Shown: piece after piece, positions 30,435-39,511 of the stretch | How the letters are laid out: each line of letters starts with the position of its first letter | Position numbering within the stretch: position 1 is the first letter of the stretch | NCBI GenBank assembly: GCA_963664435.2 | Contig: CAXXKM010000003.1 | Coordinates: 1,472,001-1,536,000, forward strand | Reading direction: 5' to 3' | DNA from: Longimicrobiales bacterium | Lineage (GTDB): Bacteria > Gemmatimonadota > Gemmatimonadetes > Longimicrobiales > Gaopeijiaceae | Length of the DNA stretch: 64,000 nt | The notes under the pieces: model-generated | Told to the model about the DNA's origin: nothing | Databases searched by the model: none | What the model saw: only the letters and a program-made list of their open reading frames with translations | Translations under genes and position numbers: made by a program

Positions 30435-32717
30435 TCAGAAGGACCAGAGCGTGGTCAGCTTGGCGGCGAACCGGCGATCAAGCACGGTACCGCTTCCTGT
30501 GTCCCGGCGCTCGGTGTACACCAGAAAAAAATCGCTCAGAGGCGCATGAATGTAGTTGAGGCGAAGGTTGGTGATCAGTTCCTCGGTGACTCCGTTGTAT
30601 TGCACGAAGCCGCTTCCGAAGAGCGTGGTGGAGTACGCGTATTCCACTCTTCCGCTGTAGACCTCTGCCGAAAACGGGCCATTGCCTAGGTCGAGACGGT
30701 TGTTTTGGACGGTCGTGTCGAAGGTCACATGGTAGTTCGGCTTCCACTGCGCGGCGAGCCGCACCGACCGGCGGGTGCCGTTAAAGTAGCCGCCGCCGCT
30801 AAACCCGACGCTCCCGGAAAGAACACGCCCGGCACTCGACTGGAAATCCACGCTGCCTTCCCGGAACCTGTAGGCCCCCGTAGCGATTGCGTGGCCGCCG
30901 AGCACGCGGAAGGATCGAAGGAGCCTCTCGAAACGGTCGTTGTACTGCAGTGTCAGCCGGCTGCCCTCACGGAAGTTGGTCACGAATCCGGCGGTACCGG
31001 TTCGGGTCTCCAGAACCGACTCGAGGTTGGTAATGTAGTGCACTTCGAGGAATGGATTCAGCTCGTTCCAGAGAGATTCCAAACGCCGGTGATGGACACC
31101 GATGGTTGCATGGCTGTGTCGAATGGCCCTGCGGCGGATGTACCCCATTTCGGGCCTGAAGGAGTCCCCGATTTCACGGTACATGACCGAAGTGTTGAGG
31201 AATCGGTCCCGCCAAGCCACCGAAGCCCGGCTCGCGCGCCCATTGCCGTCGCCATCGCGGGTCCCCGCCAAATAGGATTGCACGATCAAGCCACCCCACA
31301 GGCGCGCGTGCAGGTCTACGCCGAAGCTCCGATTGTACTGGTCCGCGGCAGCCCCGCCCGTGACCGCGCGATTCAGCAGGATCCCCCCCAACTGGAGGTT
31401 GCCCAATACGGTCCGGCGAAGTCGCAATGCGGTAAAGTTTTCGGGATCCAGGCTGCTGGTGCTCCGGGTCTGCATGTTGAGCAGCCCAACCCCCCATTCG
31501 CCTACCTGCCCCGTAAGCCGGCCACCTCCCAACACGGGTACCGGGCGACCCTCGTGCAGGCCGATGCGACGGGAATGGAACAACTGGAAATCCTCTAGCC
31601 CGGCACCAAGCCGGTATCCACGCTCCGGGGCATCGCCGAAGTCGAACAGGCCCGCGTTCTCGAGAAAGAAATCCCGCTTTTCGGGAAAAAAGAGCGAGAA
31701 GCGGGTCAGGTTCACCTGTTCCTCGTCCACCTCGACCTGAGAGAAATCCGTGCGGTAGCTGAGGTCGAGGGCGAGGTAGCGGCTGACCCCATATTTCACG
31801 TCGATTCCGGCATCCGCATCGTTGCTTGTGCCGTTCCTCGACGCATCGCCAGCGATACGTTCGGCGAGCACAAAGGGCTTCACTTGGAGGCTCAAGCCGC
31901 CGGTCAGCCCGGAAAGGCCGAGAAGGGTGCCGGCCTCCGCCATCCGATTGACGTCAAAACGGCCATCCAGTGGCGCCCAGAGGCTGTCTTCACCCCTCCG
32001 GCGGATCCGGCGCAGGAAGTTCACTCCCCAAGTCTGTTCCTCCCGCTCTGGATCGAAGCGAAGTGTGGAAAACGGGATAGCCATCTCCACCGTCCATCCC
32101 TGGTCGTGCACGCGCGCGGCGCGCTCAACGATTCCATCCCAGGGGATGTTGATGTCACGGCCATTGTCGAAGGTCTGGAGGTCGATGAAGGCGCCTCCGG
32201 CATTCACGCCGAAGATGAAGGCGTTCCGGCGATCGAGATAGGTGTCGAGAGCGATCCCCAGAACGTCTCCATCGCCGGGAGGAAAATCCCGCCTCAGCGA
32301 GTGCAGCGTAATGTCGCAGGGATCCCTCTCGTAGAGGACCGCGCTCACAAACAGATTCTCTTCGTCGAACGTCATGCGGACGACGGTCCTTTCGCTCGCC
32401 GGGAACCCCGTGTTCGGCTTGGACTGCACAAATCCGGTGATGACTTCCGCCGCGTACCAGGAAGGCTCGTCCAGGACCGCGTCGATGGCGATGGCGCCTG
32501 TTGCTCGCTGCACCCGGGTCACCGGCCTGGGTACCGTCTCGGGATCCACCTGCCCCCGAGGCGGTAGGCGGTCCGGCGGAGGCACGTCCTGGGCGGGGAC
32601 CGTCGTGGGCGCCACGGCATGTGAGACACTGCAGAGCAGAGCAACCGCGCTCCAGTGCCTCATTGCTGCCCGCAATGCTGACAACGGTCGTCTGAACTCC
32701 CTGGTGGCGACAAGCAT
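30435..32717 (-). CDS. DUF5916 protein with CBM9-like N-domain
   Basis: LDEPSW, WTVEMAIPF..LRF, DFSQVEVD...NLTRF.LFFPEKR.FFLE, SRRIG; ends in aromatic residue. Confidence 0.85.
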   Translation of the reverse strand: MLVATREFRRPLSALRAAMRHWSAVALLCSVSHAVAPTTVPAQDVPPPDRLPPRGQVDPETVPRPVTRVQRATGAIAIDAVLDEPSWYAAEVITGFVQSKPNTGFPASERTVVRMTFDEENLFVSAVLYERDPCDITLHSLRRDFPPGDGDVLGIALDTYLDRRNAFIFGVNAGGAFIDLQTFDNGRDINIPWDGIVERAARVHDQGWTVEMAIPFSTLRFDPEREEQTWGVNFLRRIRRRGEDSLWAPLDGRFDVNRMAEAGTLLGLSGLTGGLSLQVKPFVLAERIAGDASRNGTSNDADAGIDVKYGVSRYLALDLSYRTDFSQVEVDEEQVNLTRFSLFFPEKRDFFLENAGLFDFGDAPERGYRLGAGLEDFQLFHSRRIGLHEGRPVPVLGGGRLTGQVGEWGVGLLNMQTRSTSSLDPENFTALRLRRTVLGNLQLGGILLNRAVTGGAAADQYNRSFGVDLHARLWGGLIVQSYLAGTRDGDGNGRASRASVAWRDRFLNTSVMYREIGDSFRPEMGYIRRRAIRHSHATIGVHHRRLESLWNELNPFLEVHYITNLESVLETRTGTAGFVTNFREGSRLTLQYNDRFERLLRSFRVLGGHAIATGAYRFREGSVDFQSSAGRVLSGSVGFSGGGYFNGTRRSVRLAAQWKPNYHVTFDTTVQNNRLDLGNGPFSAEVYSGRVEYAYSTTLFGSGFVQYNGVTEELITNLRLNYIHAPLSDFFLVYTERRDTGSGTVLDRRFAAKLTTLWSF

Positions 32718-32831
32718 GTCACGTCCTCTTTCTGGAACTGACGCTATGTTATGCCAGTCCTGCGGGGAAATCCATCGGCCGGATGTCCGCTTGGCTGGTA
32801 TCGGCGGAGGGCATCAAGCTAGCTTGCAGGC

Positions 32832-33953
32832 ATGACCTCGGGATACGGGCCGGCACTCCGCTTCTCACGCAGCTTCATGACGGGCTGGGCTCCCGTTATG
32901 GAGAGGGAGATCCACATCGAGCGCGACGGGCGCCGCCTGCCCGCTTCCCTGCTCCTCCCCCGCACGGCGGCCCGGCGCGCCCCTGCAGGCCCGCGCCGCC
33001 CGGTCCCCGTGTGGGTGGTCCTGCACGGCATCACCCGCTCGGGCCGCGGCCACCCCTACCTGGTCCGCTTCGCGCGCGCGGTTGCGTCGACCGGGCAGGC
33101 GGTGCTGGTGCCGGAAATCCCGGAGTGGCGGGGCATCCGGCTCTCCACCGGGGCCACCACCTCCACTGTCGCGGCCTCGCTGGAGGCCCTGGAGGGGCGG
33201 CCGGAGCTCGCATCACGACAGGTGGGGCTGGTCGGGTTCTCCTTCGGCGCGCCCCAGGTCATCATCGCCGCGGCCGACCCGTCGCTGGCCGGCCGCATCG
33301 CCGGGGTGGTGGCGTTCGGCGGCTACTGTTCGGTGGAGGAATCAGCCCGCTTCCAGTTCACCGGGGTCCACGAACTCGACGGCAGGGAGGAATCGCTCGC
33401 CCCCGACCCGTACGCACGCTGGGTCGTGGGCGCCAACTATCTCGATCGGATCCCGGGACACGAGAGCGCGGGAAGGGTGATGGAGGCACTGCGGGCGCTG
33501 GCCGCCTACACCGGCGACAACGACCTCCTGGCCACAGACCCCGGGATGGAACCCGTGCGGCAACGTCTGGCCCGGAGTCTCGACGCCGGCGAGCGGTCGC
33601 TGTTCGAGGCGATGGCGCCACCCACCGGCTCCCTCCCCGAACCGGTCGTGGGCGCGCGCCTGGCCGAGGGCCTGGGTGGGGTGATGGCGCACATCCCGGA
33701 GCTGAACCCCGTACCGTACCTGGGGCGCGTCACCGTTCCGGTGCGCCTCCTGCACGGGGCCGGGGACCAGCTCTTCCCATACACCCAGACCATCAAGTTG
33801 AGCAGGGTTTTCCCGGCCGGCGCCGACGTCACCACCACGGTCACCGGCCTGTTCGCCCACTCCTCCGGGCGCGAGCGCACGTCCCTCCTGCATACGACTT
33901 CGGAAGCGTTGCGCTTTCTGAACGCGCTCGCCAGCATCTTCCGGCTGATGTAA
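32832..33953 (+). CDS. Alpha/beta hydrolase-fold protein
   Basis: VVLHG, GFSFGA nucleophile elbow, LLHG.GD, FAHS. Confidence 0.72.
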   Translation: MTSGYGPALRFSRSFMTGWAPVMEREIHIERDGRRLPASLLLPRTAARRAPAGPRRPVPVWVVLHGITRSGRGHPYLVRFARAVASTGQAVLVPEIPEWRGIRLSTGATTSTVAASLEALEGRPELASRQVGLVGFSFGAPQVIIAAADPSLAGRIAGVVAFGGYCSVEESARFQFTGVHELDGREESLAPDPYARWVVGANYLDRIPGHESAGRVMEALRALAAYTGDNDLLATDPGMEPVRQRLARSLDAGERSLFEAMAPPTGSLPEPVVGARLAEGLGGVMAHIPELNPVPYLGRVTVPVRLLHGAGDQLFPYTQTIKLSRVFPAGADVTTTVTGLFAHSSGRERTSLLHTTSEALRFLNALASIFRLM

Positions 33954-33987
33954 CCCGGCCGCTTCCCCCCGAACCCCGCAGCGATCC

Positions 33988-34761
33988 GTGACTCGCCCGC
34001 ACACCCCGGCCAACCCCCGGCGACCGACGCCATCCGTCGCCGGCTGGGTGCGGCGGGCGGGCGGCGTCCGCTGGTTCATCCAGCGCTTCGGCTTCGCGCA
34101 GCTTTTCCTGAAGCCGGCGCGCCGGGTACTGGCCCCGCTGATCATTCCGATGCTCCGTGAGCGTTCTGTCGAATACCGGGGCGCGTCCCTCCCGCTCGTC
34201 TACGCCCGCCACAACGTGACCTGGGCCAACGAGCGCTGCGTGGAGCTGGCGCTGGCCCGCGCGCTCATGGCAGGGGTCCGGCCCCGGCGGCTCCTGGAGG
34301 TGGGCCACGTCACACCGCACTACTTCCGGAGCGGCCACCTGGTCGTGGACAAGTACGAGCCGGGTTCGCTCGAAGTCGACATCGTGGACTTCGAGCCCGC
34401 CGAGCGCTTCGACCTGATCCTTTCGATCTCGACCTTCGAGCACATCTCCTTCGACGAGCCCGGGGCAGCCCCGGCGCTGGAGACAGTCGCCGCCAAGGTG
34501 GCCGCCGCACTGGACAGATGCCGCAGCCTGCTCGGGCCGGGCGGACTCCTTGCCATCACCGTGCCGCTCGGCTACAACCCCGCCCTGGACGCCATGATCG
34601 CCAGCGGCGAGCTGGGCTGGGATCGCGCGAGCTGGTTCAAGCGGTTTCCGCGCCGGCGCTGGCGGCACGTATCCCCGTCCGAAGCCGCCGGCTGCCGATA
34701 CGGTAGCCCCTACGCCTTCGCCAACGCCATTCTGCTCGCCGAATGGGACGCCGCAGGCTAG
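33988..34761 (+). CDS. Putative class I SAM-dependent methyltransferase-like protein
   Basis: NERCVE, LLEVG, VDKYE, FDLILSISTFEH, L.PGGLL.ITVP.GYN. Confidence 0.7.
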   Translation: MTRPHTPANPRRPTPSVAGWVRRAGGVRWFIQRFGFAQLFLKPARRVLAPLIIPMLRERSVEYRGASLPLVYARHNVTWANERCVELALARALMAGVRPRRLLEVGHVTPHYFRSGHLVVDKYEPGSLEVDIVDFEPAERFDLILSISTFEHISFDEPGAAPALETVAAKVAAALDRCRSLLGPGGLLAITVPLGYNPALDAMIASGELGWDRASWFKRFPRRRWRHVSPSEAAGCRYGSPYAFANAILLAEWDAAG

Positions 34762-34897
34762 CCGGCCGTCCTGCCGCCGCGGCGCTCTCGCCGCGCATGA
34801 TATTGTCAGTAACTCAACAGTTATTTCATCAGTAGTCACCAGTCGCGTTCTCGGCGCCCGGGAGCGCATGTCTTCCACTGGAGGAGTTGGACGCGCG

Positions 34898-35461
34898 ATG
34901 CCTTCGGAACCCGCATACCCCGTGACGTCCCGAATCAAGTCCCTCATCCGCATGGTGCCGGACTTCCCCAGCCCCGGCATCCGCTTCCGCGATGTCATGG
35001 GACTGGTCGAGGACCCGGAGGGTCTCGAGGAGGCCACCGAGACCCTGACACGGAGGTTCGCTCCGGAAGCGCCGGACGCCGTGGCCGGGATCGACGCGCG
35101 CGGCTTCATCTTCGGCGTCCCGGTGGCGCAGCGGCTGGGCGTCGGGTTCGTGCCGGTGCGGAAGGCGGGGAAGCTGCCCGGCGAGGTGGTGGGCGTCGAC
35201 TACGCGCTCGAGTACGGGACGGGGCGCCTGGAGATGCAGACCGGCTCCATCCGCGAGGGGATGCGCGTCCTGCTCATCGACGACCTGGTCGCCACCGGCG
35301 GGAGCGCGGCGGCGGCGATCGAGCTGATCCGCGGCATGAGAGGCGAGGTGGTGGGAGCCGGCTTCGTCGTGGAGCTGCCCGAACTCCCCGGGCGCAAGCG
35401 GCTGGAGGCGCTGGATGTCGAGGTCTTCGCGCTGTGCACGTTTTTCGACGCCGATCCCTGA
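34898..35461 (+). CDS. apt: Adenine phosphoribosyltransferase
   Basis: PDFP.PGI.F.D, DARGF, RKAGKLPG, YALEYG, IDDLVATGGS. Confidence 0.95.
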   Translation: MPSEPAYPVTSRIKSLIRMVPDFPSPGIRFRDVMGLVEDPEGLEEATETLTRRFAPEAPDAVAGIDARGFIFGVPVAQRLGVGFVPVRKAGKLPGEVVGVDYALEYGTGRLEMQTGSIREGMRVLLIDDLVATGGSAAAAIELIRGMRGEVVGAGFVVELPELPGRKRLEALDVEVFALCTFFDADP

Positions 35462-35603
35462 GCCGTCCGGCGCGGCGACGCGGCGAGGCAAGCGCCCATC
35501 GTCGACCGGCGCCGCCTGAATGTCGCGGATTCCCCGTCGGCTCCGACCGAACCTCCGATCGCCCCACCGGCCGTCGCCGCCGGGCAACCCACCGGGTCGC
35601 GAC

Positions 35604-36167
35604 TCAGCGGGCCCGCGGAAAGATATCCGGCGGAGGCACGTGGAAGGCGCCGGGGAACCCGTCTTCCACCAGCTTGAGTTTGCCGGTCCACTCCTCGATG
35701 TCGATCCTGTAGACGCTGGTGCGCCTCAGCTCACCCCCGGTGATGGCGCGGTAGTCGCGGCCCGGCCGCAGCTCGGGGGCGTACTTGTCGAGAAGCATCT
35801 GCAGCGCCGCGCGCGCCTCCGCGGGATCCTCCACCAGCCCTCCCGTCCCGAACGCCGTCGCGCTGGCGAATTCGACGCTGAACTCCAGCGCCTCGTCCGC
35901 CGGCAGCAGCCGGCCCATCTCGAAGGCCGAGAAACACACCGGCGCCGGGCGGGAAAGGTTGTCGCGGGTCAGCCCGGTGCGCGCGGTGTGGATGTAGATG
36001 GCATGGCGGCCGGGATCGTACACGAACAGATTGCTGTTCACGAGCGGCTGCTCGCCGCGGGTCATCGCGAGAACCCCGACGCGCGCCTGCCTGATGAAAT
36101 CCCGGGTCCAGGCGTCGTCCCCGGCCCGGTCCCGCCGGCGGATTTCCGTCCTTCCCCGTTCCGGCAC
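35604..36167 (-). CDS. Pyridoxamine 5'-phosphate oxidase-like (NimA/PNPOx_2) flavin-binding protein
   Basis: IRRRDRA, IYIH.A..G, VCFS, FS.EFAS...FG, LLDKY.P; GTG start 4 bp after upstream stop. Confidence 0.8.
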   Translation of the reverse strand: MPERGRTEIRRRDRAGDDAWTRDFIRQARVGVLAMTRGEQPLVNSNLFVYDPGRHAIYIHTARTGLTRDNLSRPAPVCFSAFEMGRLLPADEALEFSVEFASATAFGTGGLVEDPAEARAALQMLLDKYAPELRPGRDYRAITGGELRRTSVYRIDIEEWTGKLKLVEDGFPGAFHVPPPDIFPRAR

Positions 36168-36171
36168 CCCG

Positions 36172-37149
36172 CTAGATCTCCAATTCCACGCCGATCCCCG
36201 CGGCGCGCGCCCTGTCGTAGATGAGCCTCGCCGTGGCCATGTCCTCGAGCGCCAGCCCCAGATGGATCGCAATGATGCGGTCCCCGTCCGCGCGGCGTCC
36301 CGGGGCCTTGCCCGCGATGACGTCGCTCAACTCGGCGTGGGGCGTGGGCGTGTCGCGGAAATAGCCGCTCCCGCTCTGGTAGTAGGAAAACTGCGCGGTA
36401 TCGTCGGTGGTCAGCAGATCCGCCTCGCGAAACGCGTCCGCCTGCCAGTAGGAGTCGAAGTCCAGGGGGCATGCGAAGGCGCCGGGCGAGAGCCAGCCGG
36501 GAGGGATGGCGGGGTCGGGATCGAGCAGGATGGGGCCGCTGGTCACGACGATGTCCATCCCGCGTACCGCCTCCGCCACGGTTGCGACCGGCCGCACCTC
36601 GACGCCCATGCGCTCGCCCATCTCTTCGGCATAGGCGTGCAGCGCGGCCTCGTCGATGTCGTAGGCGTGTACGCGCTCCACCGGGAACAGCGTGCAGAAG
36701 GCCTCCAGGTTGCTGCGTCCCTGTACGCCGCAGGCAACGATGCCGACGCTGGAGGCATCCTGCCGCGCCAGGTACTTCCCCGCCAGCGCCGATGCGGCCC
36801 CGGTGCGCATGGCCGTGATCCAGGTCGCGTCCATCACCGCGAGCGGGAGCCCGCTGTCCGGGTCGTTCAGGAGGATCAGCCCGGTGATGTAGGGCAGTCC
36901 GTTCGCGGGATTTCCCGGATAGGCGGAAATCCACTTGATCCCGGCGGCGTCCTGCCGCTCGACGTAGGCCGGCATCGCGTGCAGGAACGAGTCCGGGCGC
37001 GGATGGATTCCCGGCTTGGGCGGCATCTCCACGCGTCCCGCCGCCTTCTCCCGGAACATGAACTCCAGCGCGTCGATGATCTCCGCCATGGAGACGCCGA
37101 CGTGCTCGACATGGACGCGCGACAGGTAGAGGATGTTTCGCTGCGACAT
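36172..37149 (-). CDS. Ornithine cyclodeaminase / mu-crystallin family protein
   Basis: MPPK, HAMPA, GIKW...YP.N, ITAMRTGA, GLALED. Confidence 0.9.
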   Translation of the reverse strand: MSQRNILYLSRVHVEHVGVSMAEIIDALEFMFREKAAGRVEMPPKPGIHPRPDSFLHAMPAYVERQDAAGIKWISAYPGNPANGLPYITGLILLNDPDSGLPLAVMDATWITAMRTGAASALAGKYLARQDASSVGIVACGVQGRSNLEAFCTLFPVERVHAYDIDEAALHAYAEEMGERMGVEVRPVATVAEAVRGMDIVVTSGPILLDPDPAIPPGWLSPGAFACPLDFDSYWQADAFREADLLTTDDTAQFSYYQSGSGYFRDTPTPHAELSDVIAGKAPGRRADGDRIIAIHLGLALEDMATARLIYDRARAAGIGVELEI

Positions 37150-37180
37150 GAGGCTTGTCTCGGGTAAGGGCGGGGGCAGT

Positions 37181-39316
37181 CTACTCGGGAGGTGCCAGGA
37201 CGGTCACTTCTTCCATGACGGCCCCCTCCAGCACGCCGTCGACGACCTCCATCCCTTCCACCACCCGGGCGATGATGGTGTAGTTGTGGTCGAGACGGGG
37301 GTTGTCCACCAGGTTCACGAAGATCTGGCCGTCGCCGGTGTCTCGCCCCCGGGTCGAGATGCCGACGGTGCCGCGCACGTGCGAGCGCATGGTCAGCTCG
37401 TCGCGGGTGTAGGGTCCGTCCCCGTGGTACTCGTTCGCCCCCGGGCTGCCTCCCTGGATGACGAAGTTGGGAACCACCCGGTGGAAGGTGAGACCGTCGA
37501 AGTATCCTTCGCGCGCCAGGCGGACGAAGCGCGCCGTGTTGGCGGGCGACTCGAACGGGAGAAGCTCGAGAACCATCTCGCCGCCCCCCTCCATGCGGAT
37601 CACCGCCCGGGAAGCGGCCATCTCGCGCATCTCCGCCAGGGTGGGCATGGGCGCGCGCTCCGGGGGCGACGGGCGAGCCCAGCGAAGGTCGCTTCCGGTC
37701 CAGTCGTTGCGGAGGAATTCGGCGACCCGGGCAACGACCGGATCGTAGTCCTCCATGTAGGGCTGCACGCGGTCGAGGTGCTCCACGGCACCCAGCTCCC
37801 GTATTCTCTGCAGGAGTTCCAGGCGCACGTCCCGGTGGGTTTCCCTTCGGTCCGCGCTCATGCGCTCGAGCGCATCGAAGGCCGCCGGCAGCACATCCGG
37901 ATGCGTGCTCCCCGCCAGCGATCGACTCGCGGTCAGCACCAACTGAGGATCGTCCGCGCCCAGTGCGTCGACGTATACCGAGTCGGCGTCGTGGCCCACC
38001 AGCGGCGCGAGCCCGGCGATGGCAGCCTGACGCACATTCCAGTGCTCGTCTCCGGCCAGCGTCAGCAGGTCGGGGACGAGTTCCAGCCGGGCCGCGGCGC
38101 GCGCGGCGTACATGCGCATCTGCCAGACCGGATGGGCGGAGAACGACGGCAGCCGGCGGCCCGCGGTGAAGGGGGAGACCCCGGCCAGCGCCACCAGGCC
38201 GTGCGCTGCCCGGTGCCAGTCCCCGGCCGAGACGGAATCGCCCCGCAGCACCAGTGTATCGAGAGGCGCCAGTGCGGTCTCCGGCGGACAGCCGGCGAGG
38301 CGGTCGATGGCCTCGAGAGCCACGTGCGCGCCGGGGTCCTGCGCCAGCGCCACCAGCTCCGCACAGGCCTGGCTCCCGTCCACCCGTTCGCTCAGGGCTC
38401 TCACCGCCTCCACCCGCACAAGGTGGCTCGTGTCGGCGAGCGCCCGGGCGAGGGGTGCCCGCACCTCGTCGAGCACGCCCTGCCCGATGGCGAGCACGGC
38501 GAGGCGGCGCACCTGCGCGTCCTCGTCGGCCAGCGCGGCCGCGACCACGTCGTCCGCAGGTCCTCCCGCACCCGCGAGTGCCGCCACCGCGAGCCGGCGC
38601 ACCTGCGCCCCCTCCTCGCCCTCCGCCCCCCGGTAGCGGGCCAACTGCCCGAGCGCGGCCACGACGGGCGGGGGCGGGGCGAACTGCGACTGCGTACGAA
38701 CCAGGTTTTCGAGCGCGCGGGACCCGCCAAGGATGACGGGGTGGGGCACGTTGCGCAGGTTGACGGCGCCGCCGCCGGCCAGCCCCGCGACCAGGTTCTG
38801 GAGCAGCAGGTCGTAGGCCTGCCCCACGTCATCGGGGTCCTGGTACGAGAGCCGGCCCATCGCCTCGAGCACCGCGCCGCGCACCTCCGGCTCCCTCTCG
38901 TGGGGCAGGTAGTTCATCAGCGCAACCATCGCCCGCCGGGGATCGCTGCCGGCAACGGCCTGGGCGCTGGCGTTGACGGCCTCGGCCCGAATATCGGCGT
39001 ACGGGCTCTCCAGCATGGACCCGATGTCCACCAGCACCGAAGGATTCTCCTGGCGCCCCAGCGCGCGCACGGCGATCCGCTGCACCTCCGGGTCGGGCCA
39101 GGAGATGCCCTCCAGGAACGTGAAGTGCGCGGCGGGATCGTCGGCCCGGGAGTCCTCGGTCTCGAGGACGCGGTGGAGTATCTCTTCGCTCCCGGCGAGC
39201 AGCCGGAGATCCGCCGCATCGTCTCCTTCCCCGCACCCCGCGGCGAGGACGCCACAAAGGGCAGCCGCGCAGGGGAGGAATCTCCCTCGCCGGAAGCGTC
39301 GCTGTAGTTCGAGCAT
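37181..39316 (-). CDS. HEAT-repeat lipoprotein with C-terminal cyclophilin-type PPIase
   Basis: Lipobox AAGC; HEAT repeats (D.D..VR..A); FDGLTFHRVVPNFVIQGG, DTGDGQIF, LD.NYT. Confidence 0.87.
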   Translation of the reverse strand: MLELQRRFRRGRFLPCAAALCGVLAAGCGEGDDAADLRLLAGSEEILHRVLETEDSRADDPAAHFTFLEGISWPDPEVQRIAVRALGRQENPSVLVDIGSMLESPYADIRAEAVNASAQAVAGSDPRRAMVALMNYLPHEREPEVRGAVLEAMGRLSYQDPDDVGQAYDLLLQNLVAGLAGGGAVNLRNVPHPVILGGSRALENLVRTQSQFAPPPPVVAALGQLARYRGAEGEEGAQVRRLAVAALAGAGGPADDVVAAALADEDAQVRRLAVLAIGQGVLDEVRAPLARALADTSHLVRVEAVRALSERVDGSQACAELVALAQDPGAHVALEAIDRLAGCPPETALAPLDTLVLRGDSVSAGDWHRAAHGLVALAGVSPFTAGRRLPSFSAHPVWQMRMYAARAAARLELVPDLLTLAGDEHWNVRQAAIAGLAPLVGHDADSVYVDALGADDPQLVLTASRSLAGSTHPDVLPAAFDALERMSADRRETHRDVRLELLQRIRELGAVEHLDRVQPYMEDYDPVVARVAEFLRNDWTGSDLRWARPSPPERAPMPTLAEMREMAASRAVIRMEGGGEMVLELLPFESPANTARFVRLAREGYFDGLTFHRVVPNFVIQGGSPGANEYHGDGPYTRDELTMRSHVRGTVGISTRGRDTGDGQIFVNLVDNPRLDHNYTIIARVVEGMEVVDGVLEGAVMEEVTVLAPPE

Positions 39317-39511
39317 CCCGTCTCGCCTTGTCGTGGTTCGTTCCTGCCGGCCCGATTGCCTTTCTTCGCTCCCCGGCCCGGTACCCTGCATCCCGGCGCA
39401 GCGTTCGCCTGTAGCGAAACACGGGATAGATTAGAGTACGTAGCCCCGTTGACAAGAATCGCGCGCGCTGGTCCCGCGACCCACGATCCCCGAAACACCG
39501 GACGCGACACG

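Noticed and set aside
34790..34897. Purine riboswitch upstream of apt
   Set aside because: Conserved core (TATAAT...GATATGG...TTTCTACC) absent
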